The position numbers and the translations under genes are program-made. This document shows positions 1 to 6,559 of a stretch of DNA of 23,935 nucleotides, piece after piece; within the stretch, counting starts at the first letter, position 1; each line of letters starts with the position of its first letter. The stretch lies in assembly GCA_038046625.1 (NCBI GenBank), contig JBBSVV010000007.1:18541-42475 (forward strand). Direction: 5' to 3'. The DNA comes from an archaeon (lineage in GTDB: Archaea > Iainarchaeota > Iainarchaeia > Iainarchaeales > Iainarchaeaceae). The notes below the pieces were generated by a model. It worked only from the letters and a program-made list of their open reading frames with translations, searched no databases and was not told the DNA's origin.

Positions 1-1718
1 ACCGGCTCTACGCACGCGTCTCCGCAATTGCATGCTTCGGTTGACTCCCACACCTGCGGGTAGCTCCTGGCACCGGCATCGGTTACTCCGTCGTAATTGT
101 CCTTCGCGTACTTCATTGCCTCCTCAACAGAAGTTTTTCCGTTCCCGTCAAGGTCAGAGCCCGCGACCCCATTAATGCCGCTGATAAGCTTGTCCGTTAC
201 GCTCGAGCCCGTTCCATTGGGTCCGCCGTAGGCCACGTGCTCCGCGGAAGCCGAAGTTCCAACCGTTCTTCCGGGGCCTTTGAGCCAGTCGATTGCAGCG
301 CCGGAGTAGCACGCGTCAATGAAAATGTACGTGTTGCAGTTCGTGATTGAATCCAGCAGCCTGTCGAGCTGTTCACCCCAAATGTCGTCATTGTCTCCAA
401 GGACAATATCAACATCCTGGTCAACCTTAACCACTTTCCATACTCCGCCCCATTCAGTGTCCCCGACTTTTGGGCAGTCCTTTTCTTTTGTTTCCGTGGT
501 TTTCGCTCCCGTGAACCAGTTCTCCCACGTGACCTCGCAATAGTGGCCACCGTGCGTTGAAAAATAAATGAACACAACATCGCAGCAATTCGCCTTGCTT
601 TTTATTGACTGGATTGCGGCTTCGAAATTTGCCCTTGTAACCGCGCCGTCAACCCTCGGATCCGTATTTCCCGGCGGCGCGAGGTAAGTGGTATTTCCGG
701 CCGTAGCACCCTGCCCCGCAAGCATGTCGTTTACGTGGTTCGTGTCGGCCTCAAAATCTCTTCTCGCGTCCCCCTGAATCACCAGCGAATAAATCTTCGG
801 CTCGACTCCGCACGGGCACTGGCTTTTTCTCGGCCCAAGGCCGCTGCCAACTCCCGCAAAGTAAGCATTGCTCTCGCTGCTAAAATTGGCCAAGGGAGCG
901 AAATTCATTTGCTCCGCATTTACAGCGCGCGGCTCCGAGAGATTCCCGTAAACCAATTGCGAGGAATCATTTTCGGTTTCGCTTGGCATGAACAACGGTT
1001 TGCCGTTGATTATGGGCCACCACTGCTCATCGAACGCCAGGTATTCTCCCGAATCCTTTTTCACGAACACAAACCTTGTCGGATGCGCGAACCTCGCGTT
1101 CGGCATGTCATCAATCCAGAAGAACCATGATTCCCATTCGGTTTCCCAAACAAGGCCGTTGAATTCTTTCGGGGCGCGCTCAAAAACCTTTGTGCCCGCG
1201 GGAAGAACCTCGCCGGTAGAGTAAGCCAGTGAAGGCGCGCCCTTAATGACTTCTGAAACCACAATCTGCTTCGCCTGCTCAAAACTTGCTTCTCCGCTGA
1301 AGCCCTCCGGTTTTATCGGCTCTTTCTTCTTCACTCCTTTTTCGAGGGCCTGCTTAAACTCCGTTAGCCTGTTTTTTATTTCCCCGAGCTCCTTCTTTTT
1401 CGCGCTTATTTCATCGGAGGCGGTTTCGCCCGCACTTTCCAATTCCTTGAGAGAATCATCAACTTTTTTTATTGCGGCATTTGCCTCTTCCACGAGCCCC
1501 GATATTTTGCCCGCATTTTTTTCCATGCCGAGCGATTCGGGATTAAAATTTGCCGCAACAGAAGCAGCCTGGCTCTTTGCCTGGTTTGCGGAGGCAAGCG
1601 CGGCCTGAATTTCCTGGCTCTGAATTGTGTCTCCCTTATCCTGCGGGCCCGGAGTTGCACACCCAAGCACCAGCAATAAAGAAAATAAAACTATGGCCTC
1701 TCTGGCTCTAAAATCCAT
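1..1718 (-). CDS. Secreted/lipoprotein caspase-like (clan CD, C13/C14-type) cysteine peptidase, 3' end outside the window
   Basis: Absent from the ORF track because it has no stop in the window; translated by hand from ATG 1718. Lipobox-like MDFRAREAIVLFSLLLVLGC, then a coiled-coil segment, then FIYFSTHGG (His codon 552-554) and IFIDACYSG (Cys codon 309-311), the caspase-fold dyad, and a DLDGNGK Ca-binding-like loop. Confidence 0.85.
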   Translation of the reverse strand, partial: MDFRAREAIVLFSLLLVLGCATPGPQDKGDTIQSQEIQAALASANQAKSQAASVAANFNPESLGMEKNAGKISGLVEEANAAIKKVDDSLKELESAGETASDEISAKKKELGEIKNRLTEFKQALEKGVKKKEPIKPEGFSGEASFEQAKQIVVSEVIKGAPSLAYSTGEVLPAGTKVFERAPKEFNGLVWETEWESWFFWIDDMPNARFAHPTRFVFVKKDSGEYLAFDEQWWPIINGKPLFMPSETENDSSQLVYGNLSEPRAVNAEQMNFAPLANFSSESNAYFAGVGSGLGPRKSQCPCGVEPKIYSLVIQGDARRDFEADTNHVNDMLAGQGATAGNTTYLAPPGNTDPRVDGAVTRANFEAAIQSIKSKANCCDVVFIYFSTHGGHYCEVTWENWFTGAKTTETKEKDCPKVGDTEWGGVWKVVKVDQDVDIVLGDNDDIWGEQLDRLLDSITNCNTYIFIDACYSGAAIDWLKGPGRTVGTSASAEHVAYGGPNGTGSSVTDKLISGINGVAGSDLDGNGKTSVEEAMKYAKDNYDGVTDAGARSYPQVWESTEACNCGDACVEP

Positions 1719-1807
1719 GCTTTTATTGGAATTTTGTTTATTTTAAACCTTTCTTTTTGTCTTAAACAGAAGTTTTGTGCATGCCGGCAAAAAGGCAAAT
1801 AATAAAT

Positions 1808-2018
1808 ATGGGTATCCACAGGGGCGAGGGCGGCAAGGATGCCACGTGGGACACGACTTATTACAAACACTCTGACAAGAAAAATTCTATGTTGGACATT
1901 GATGAGGCAACTGCAGGCCTGCCTGAAAGCATATCATGGGGGCGCCGATACAAGCATTCGCTTTGTGTGCGTCAAAAAGGAAAGCGGTTCCGGCGAATAT
2001 ACGGTTAATTACTCCTGA
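1808..2018 (+). pseudogene. Short, probably frameshifted hypothetical ORF
   Basis: MGIHRGEGG...ISWG continues more protein-like in the +1 frame after the G5 run at 1938-1942 (GADTSIRFVCVKKESGSGEYTVNYS*, TGA 2016-2018). Confidence 0.3.
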
Positions 2019-2022
2019 CGCC

Positions 2023-2072
2023 TTTTTCTTTCTCCCACGCGAGAAAGAAAAAGCTGTGCCAAAAAGAAAGAG
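2023..2072 (+). repeat. Triplex-type element copy 1
   Basis: TTTTTCTTTCTC-CCACGC-GAGAAAGAAAAA-GCTGTGCC-AAAAAGAAAGAG; inverted and mirror match 12/12. Confidence 0.9.
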
Positions 2073-2140
2073 ACTTCAAATTTACACTTTTCTTTTAATG
2101 CATGTTTCCATGTGAAATCAAAGATTTCACGCGGCCCGGT

Positions 2141-2166
2141 CTTTTCGTGTCAACGAAAAGAAAAAA
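2141..2166 (-). repeat. Partial element (hairpin only) in the tRNA-Ser 3' trailer; possible terminator
   Basis: Minus strand TTTTTTCTTTTCGT-TGAC-ACGAAAAG directly after CCA; no third tract. Confidence 0.55.
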
Positions 2167-2225
2167 TGGCGCGGAGAAGGGGATTCGAACCCCCGCTCCC
2201 GTTAGGGAACACGCTTGCTGCAACC

Positions 2226-2274
2226 TTTTTCTTTTCGTTTGCACGAAAAGAAAAACGTTGGCGAAAAAGAAAAG
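2226..2274 (+). repeat. Triplex-type element copy 2 (in the tRNA-Ser intron)
   Basis: TTTTTCTTTTC-GTTTGCAC-GAAAAGAAAAA-CGTTGGCG-AAAAAGAAAAG; 11/11. Confidence 0.9.
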
Positions 2275-2280
2275 TGCTAT

Positions 2281-2331
2281 TTTCTTTCTTTTCCGCTAAC
2301 GCTTTTCTTTCTCTTGCAAGAGAAAGAAAAG
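2281..2331 (-). repeat. Triplex-type element copy 3 (in the tRNA-Ser intron, inverted relative to copy 2)
   Basis: Minus strand CTTTTCTTTCTCT-TGCA-AGAGAAAGAAAAG-CGTTAGCG-GAAAAGAAAGAAA; mirror match 12/13. Confidence 0.9.
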
Positions 2332-2380
2332 GGTTATTCCAGGCGTGCGCATTGGACCGCTCTGCCATCTCCGCAACACC

Positions 2381-2428
2381 TTTTCTTTTTCTTGGCAGAA
2401 AAAGAAAAGCTGTACCAAAAGAAAAAGA
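2381..2428 (+). repeat. Triplex-type element copy 4 (abuts the tRNA-Ser 5' end)
   Basis: TTTTCTTTTTCT-TGGC-AGAAAAAGAAAA-GCTGTACC-AAAAGAAAAAGA; 12/12. Confidence 0.9.
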
Positions 2429-2531
2429 GCCAGAATAAGATTAAAAGCCTGTACCAAAAAAGAAAGCATGGTATTTGCTGATGAAAAAGAGCCTGAATAA
2501 GGTTAAAAAAGCTGGGTAGTGCTGGTTTACT

Positions 2532-3272
2532 TTAATTATATAATTTTTTGATTCCTGTTATGTCCCCGGAATTTAGGTCTCTCTTTTTGGTTTCCCCTTC
2601 GGTTGAGTAACCGTACATTGTTTCCTCGCCGCAGCCCGAATCATAGAGGTCCCCCATTCCTGCCGAGTGCCCTATTTCGTGCGTAATTATGTTTTGCACA
2701 TCCATTTTGCTTGAATCAATTGTAGCGTCTCCCCACTGGAAATCAACCTGATCCAAAAGCATGTCCCACTCTATTAATTCTCTTGTCTGTATTGGTCCGC
2801 CAAAATAGCCCCACACTGTTGTAACTGCAATGGCCCCAGTATTTGAAATGCTTCCAAATGAGAGCGTGTTATTTCCGTCTAAATTCCCGTTGTTGTATGA
2901 CGCATTATAATCTGCTGTTCCGGAACCGAAGATGTTGAATGTAACCTGGTTGTCCCAATTTGCATCCGCTGCGTTAGTAGAATTAACTATTAGTTCTTGT
3001 GATAGCCCTTGCGAGTTTGTAGGGTTTATTTTGTAAGATTCGCTTGTCTTCCATTTCGCGCCTTTCGAGAGGAAACCATAGCAAACAGTGTTGGTGTTGC
3101 CTCCGCCGCCCCCTGCCCAGGGAGGCTTTGCGTAACCTTTTTTGTAGTGTATAAAAGTGATTTTCTCCAGTGGGCCTCTGTCTGCCTTATCATTAGCCTG
3201 TGATGGAAGCGCAAAAGCCAAGCCAACAATCAAAAGGCCGGCAAAACCGAGGATAAAGAAGTTCCTGTTCAC
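2532..3272 (-). CDS. Secreted matrixin-like (M10/metzincin) zinc metalloprotease
   Basis: N-terminal signal peptide; HEIGHSAGMGD (HExxHxxGxxD) and Met-turn ETMYG. Confidence 0.88.
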   Translation of the reverse strand: MNRNFFILGFAGLLIVGLAFALPSQANDKADRGPLEKITFIHYKKGYAKPPWAGGGGGNTNTVCYGFLSKGAKWKTSESYKINPTNSQGLSQELIVNSTNAADANWDNQVTFNIFGSGTADYNASYNNGNLDGNNTLSFGSISNTGAIAVTTVWGYFGGPIQTRELIEWDMLLDQVDFQWGDATIDSSKMDVQNIITHEIGHSAGMGDLYDSGCGEETMYGYSTEGETKKRDLNSGDITGIKKLYN

Positions 3273-3374
3273 GATTATAATACTGCTTTTTTCATTACTT
3301 AAAGTTATCGAAACGTTAATTTCAATTTTTTTTGGCTAAAAGCCATTTTTTCCTGCGCCTGGGCATTCTGAGGC

Positions 3375-3770
3375 TCAACCAATGAAAATAGTGTTTTTCC
3401 CTTTGAGGTGGTAATCCTTGGTCACTATTTTGGCGCTGTTCCTTTCCGCGAGAGTCAGTATGATTGCATCAGCTAGGCTTATCCCATTTATCGCTTGCTT
3501 CAATTTAGAATGCTTTTCGCCCGCCTTGAAATAATCATTTTGGTCCTCGGCTGCCGGAACGGACAATGCCTGTATTGCGCTTGCGGCTAGTGCCCCATTT
3601 TTTCCTTTTCTCAGCACCCTGCTGATTACTTCAGCGGCAACTATGTTTGGTGTCATGATTATGTTGTCTTCCCGCTCGATTATTTTTGTTACCTGCGGAC
3701 CCAATGCCGTGGCTTCAAGGTATTCAATCCACGCGCTCGAATCCATGATAAATTTATTCCCTGACGTCAA
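3375..3770 (-). CDS. vapC: VapC-family PIN domain toxin
   Basis: IMDSSAWIEY...AAEV...ISLADAII...IVTKDYHL PIN acidic motifs; overlaps the upstream antitoxin gene. Confidence 0.88.
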   Translation of the reverse strand: MTSGNKFIMDSSAWIEYLEATALGPQVTKIIEREDNIIMTPNIVAAEVISRVLRKGKNGALAASAIQALSVPAAEDQNDYFKAGEKHSKLKQAINGISLADAIILTLAERNSAKIVTKDYHLKGKNTIFIG

Positions 3771-3954
3771 TCCTATCCTCTTCCGTGAATGGGCTTATGC
3801 CTTTTATTGCGCCGAAGTAACTTTTTTTCGGCCTCTTTACCGTGAGTTCAACGGTTTCATCGGACTTGAGGTTGAGCTCATCAACGACCTTTTTCGGGAT
3901 TCTCGCCATTATCGAGCCGCCGATTTTCTTTGTCTTCACAAGCACCGTTTCCAT
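3754..3954 (-). CDS. AbrB/MazE-type antitoxin (VapB-like)
   Basis: KTKKIGGSIMARIPKKVVDELNLKSDETVEL swapped-hairpin signature; 66 aa, directly upstream of the PIN gene. Confidence 0.85.
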   Translation of the reverse strand: METVLVKTKKIGGSIMARIPKKVVDELNLKSDETVELTVKRPKKSYFGAIKGISPFTEEDRIDVRE

Positions 3955-4019
3955 TAAATCACCAATACAATAAATTATACTTGCAGTTATATTTAAATGT
4001 TTTCAGGGTTCTTAAGTTT

Positions 4020-4439
4020 TTATTGGCTTTTGCCGTTTCCCAATAATCCCAAAATTTCCCGAGTGTTGTAAACCCCGACTTGTTCTTGCTTTTTCAGTTT
4101 TTTGTCATTTGACCAAATAGGGATTCCGAGTTTTATGGCCAACGCAAAGTAATGCTTGTCGTTGATGTCCGGGCTTATTCGTTTTCCTTCGCCTATAAAT
4201 GGTTCCACTTCGTGTTTTGGAATCACCTTTATTTTTTGGAACAGCAAGTCCTTGATGTGCTTGAACTGCCTTGGGTCTGCGCCGCTCTTCATGAAAAGAT
4301 ACGGCGCATATTTTTCAATCTCCTCGAGAACGAAGTAGGGCGTGAAAAGCTCTATCTGCTTTTCCAGTATCATTTTCCTTGTTGTAGAGTCCTTGATGAA
4401 CGCGGCAAAGAGAACATTTGCATCTACAACCAGTTTCAT
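4020..4439 (-). CDS. PIN domain protein (putative toxin)
   Basis: LVVDANVLFAA...EEI...DINDKHYFALA...IWSNDKKL. Confidence 0.88.
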   Translation of the reverse strand: MKLVVDANVLFAAFIKDSTTRKMILEKQIELFTPYFVLEEIEKYAPYLFMKSGADPRQFKHIKDLLFQKIKVIPKHEVEPFIGEGKRISPDINDKHYFALAIKLGIPIWSNDKKLKKQEQVGVYNTREILGLLGNGKSQ

Positions 4440-4441
4440 GG

Positions 4442-4657
4442 CTAATATTTGGCTGCAACCGCCTTGTTTACTTTTCTTCCAAGGCGAAGGGCATCCTTCT
4501 CCGTCAAAGAGCTTTTGGAAAGTATTTCATCCATTTTCTCCAGAACCTCAAGCTTTTCGGCAATCGCCCCACGAGCAACCTCGCTCCACCTGATTTCCCT
4601 GTGCCTGTTCATCCGCTCTTTCATTTTGTCTGATATTGACATTGTCATGCTGACCAC
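4442..4657 (-). CDS. Ribbon-helix-helix antitoxin-like protein
   Basis: SMTMSISDKMKERMNRHREIRWSEVARGAI RHH pattern; likely GTG start at 4657 after a GGTGAG SD; immediately upstream of the PIN gene. Confidence 0.8.
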   Translation of the reverse strand: MVSMTMSISDKMKERMNRHREIRWSEVARGAIAEKLEVLEKMDEILSKSSLTEKDALRLGRKVNKAVAAKY

Positions 4658-4870
4658 AGTTCTCACCAAAGAATATTGCTTCTCAACTATTTAAATAATT
4701 TACGTTAAAAACGTTAATTGCGTGCATGTGCCTATTAGGTATTTGGGCAGGATTCAGAAAGCCTCTGGCGCAACAGTTTCGGCTGTTGGGTGCGAGTACT
4801 ATCTTCATCTTGTGGCTCGATAGTAAATTTGGCTGTTGGGTGCGATAATTATCCACTTTGCAAGGGGATA

Positions 4871-4942
4871 AGCCTCTGGCGAGAATTGAACTCGCGACCC
4901 CGTCCTTACCAAGGACGTGCTCTACCACTGAGCCACAGAGGC
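4871..4942 (-). tRNA. tRNA-Thr(GGT)
   Basis: GCCTCTG/CAGAGGC acceptor, CGTCC-TT-GGT-AA-GGACG anticodon arm, GTTCAATTC T loop; no CCA encoded. Confidence 0.95.
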
Positions 4943-4983
4943 GAAAAAACCTACAAATTAGCGTTGGGAAAGGGTTAAAAAAG

Positions 4984-6237
4984 TCAGTTCAGGCCCTTAA
5001 TCCTTGAAGCAATTTTTTGGGCATCCTCAAAGGAGAATTCCTCCTCCTTGCCCGTTGCAAGCTCCTTGAGCTTGAAGCGCCCGCCCTTCAGTTCGTTCTC
5101 GCCGAGCACAATCACAAAAGGGATGCTTCTCTTGTTCGCGTACTCGAAATTCTTTTTGATGTTCCTTCCAGCGAGATCAATTTCAACTGAAACGCCTTTT
5201 GAACGGATTTTTGACGCGAGCTTTGTCGCCTCGATTCCCTCTTCCTTCGAAAAAGGCATGATGAACAAATCCGTATTCGGGCCGATAATCAATTCGGGTT
5301 CAAGCGCATCAAAAAGCCGGTCAACACCGAAGCTGATTCCGACAGCAGGAGTCGCCTCGCCGCCGTAAAGCCCAATCAATTTGTCATACCTTCCTCCCGC
5401 GCCCATGCTCGGGCCATCATTCAATTTTATTTCAAAAACATTGCCCGTATAATATTCGAGGCCGCGCGCAAGCGAGAGATCAAAAACAACTTCAGCAAAA
5501 TTATTTGCCTTGCAGAGTTCTAAGATCTCCTCTAATTCTTTTAGCGAATCTGTTTGCCCAATTTTTTCTTTTACGCCTTCCAGTGAATTTACAAAAATCT
5601 TATCAAGAATCAAATCATCAATTCCTTTTTCCCTGAATTCGCGGCGCACTTCCTTCTCGCCTATTTTATCAAGCTTGTCAATGCTCCTGAATGCATCCTT
5701 GATCTGTTCCTCTGAAACGCCGCAGCTCTTCGCGAGTTCCTCAAGAACAACCCGATTATTTACAGTGATTTTGAATTCGAACCCGAGTTTCCTCATTACA
5801 TCAACTGAAATCTGCAGTATTTCAAAATCCGCCATCACAGATTTTACTCCCGCAATATCGACATCGGCCTGCGTGAACTCGCGATAGCGCTTTGCCTGGG
5901 GCCTGTCATACCTGTAAACCGTGCTGATGCAGTACCTCTTGAATGGCCTCTGTAGCATCCTGTTCGTTGCAACCACGCGCGCAAACGGAACCGTCAAATC
6001 GTATCTCAATCCTAATTCCCTTTCGCTCTTGTCCCTGAACCAGTAAATTTCCTCCTTTATCGCTTCGCCTCCAGAGCCCTTCGCGGCAAGCAAATCAAAC
6101 TCCTCAACAATCGGTGTCTGCAGGGGCTCGTATCCATAACTCTCGAAAACCCTGCGCAGAACATCTTCAATGAACTGCTTCTTCTTCGCCTGTTCCGGCA
6201 GAAAATCCCGCATACCTTTCACTGTCTGGTAAGGCAT
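4984..6237 (-). CDS. hisS: Histidine--tRNA ligase
   Basis: VKGMRDFLP, LRYDLTVP, YRYDRPQAKRYREFTQ, LARGLEYYTG, GGRYDKL motifs; probable start MPYQ at 6237 with GAGGTG SD. Confidence 0.97.
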   Translation of the reverse strand: MPYQTVKGMRDFLPEQAKKKQFIEDVLRRVFESYGYEPLQTPIVEEFDLLAAKGSGGEAIKEEIYWFRDKSERELGLRYDLTVPFARVVATNRMLQRPFKRYCISTVYRYDRPQAKRYREFTQADVDIAGVKSVMADFEILQISVDVMRKLGFEFKITVNNRVVLEELAKSCGVSEEQIKDAFRSIDKLDKIGEKEVRREFREKGIDDLILDKIFVNSLEGVKEKIGQTDSLKELEEILELCKANNFAEVVFDLSLARGLEYYTGNVFEIKLNDGPSMGAGGRYDKLIGLYGGEATPAVGISFGVDRLFDALEPELIIGPNTDLFIMPFSKEEGIEATKLASKIRSKGVSVEIDLAGRNIKKNFEYANKRSIPFVIVLGENELKGGRFKLKELATGKEEEFSFEDAQKIASRIKGLN

Positions 6238-6343
6238 CAAAAGCACCTCACATAAAGTGCTCTTACTATCGAGTCCCAATAGGGGCGAAGATAGTACTCG
6301 CTCCCCTTGCACCCGACAGGGCGAACCGGCGAAAGGGTTGAAG

Positions 6344-6419
6344 GGCGACCGCTGGGATTTGAACCCAGCTCCAAGGCTCCACAGGCCTCGATCCTAAACC
6401 AGGCTAGACGACGGTCGCC
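6344..6419 (-). tRNA. tRNA-His(GTG) with genomically encoded G-1
   Basis: G-GCGACCG/CGGTCGC-C acceptor, GAGGC-CT-GTG-GA-GCCTT anticodon arm, GTTCAAATC T loop. Confidence 0.95.
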
Positions 6420-6474
6420 ACCAAAAAAAGAGTATTTGCAGAATTTGTTTGTTTGAGTAAGGGTTTCGCGAGAA

Positions 6475-6513
6475 TCAGCGGAAATGCATGTAATGAAGTA
6501 AATCCCTTCTCAT
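6475..6513 (-). CDS. Putative leaderless leader peptide MRRDLLHYMHFR
   Basis: ATG about 30 nt downstream of TATTTAAA (6544-6537); two His codons; upstream of tRNA-His and hisS. Confidence 0.3.
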   Translation of the reverse strand: MRRDLLHYMHFR

Positions 6514-6559
6514 GCACTATTTTAGAGTCCCTTACCTTTAAATAGGTTTTTGCAGGCGC

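Larger units (their letters stand above)
2167..2374 (-). tRNA. tRNA-Ser(GGA) with a 121-nt intron at 37/38 (2216-2336); CCA encoded
   Basis: Acceptor GCGGAGA/TCTCCGC-G-CCA, anticodon arm CACGC-CT-GGA-A|A-GCGTG, long variable arm, GTTCGAATC T loop; relaxed BHB closed by AACC/GGTT. Confidence 0.93.

Noticed and set aside
1746..1772. Additional triplex copy starting AACCTTTCTTTTTG
   Set aside because: Weak hairpin and no mirror tract; more likely divergent promoter sequence.
2102..2481. F/K/R-rich short ORFs here and at 14806-15803
   Set aside because: They are translations of tRNA genes and the A/T-tract repeats.
2421..2514. Imperfect direct repeat AAAAAGAGCC.GAATAAG.TTAAAA
   Set aside because: Looks like a local duplication of the tRNA-Ser upstream region; two copies only, no independent structure.
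6238..6312. 25-aa N-terminal extension of HisS
   Set aside because: Runs through the structured tRNA trailer; SD and family similarity start at MPYQ.
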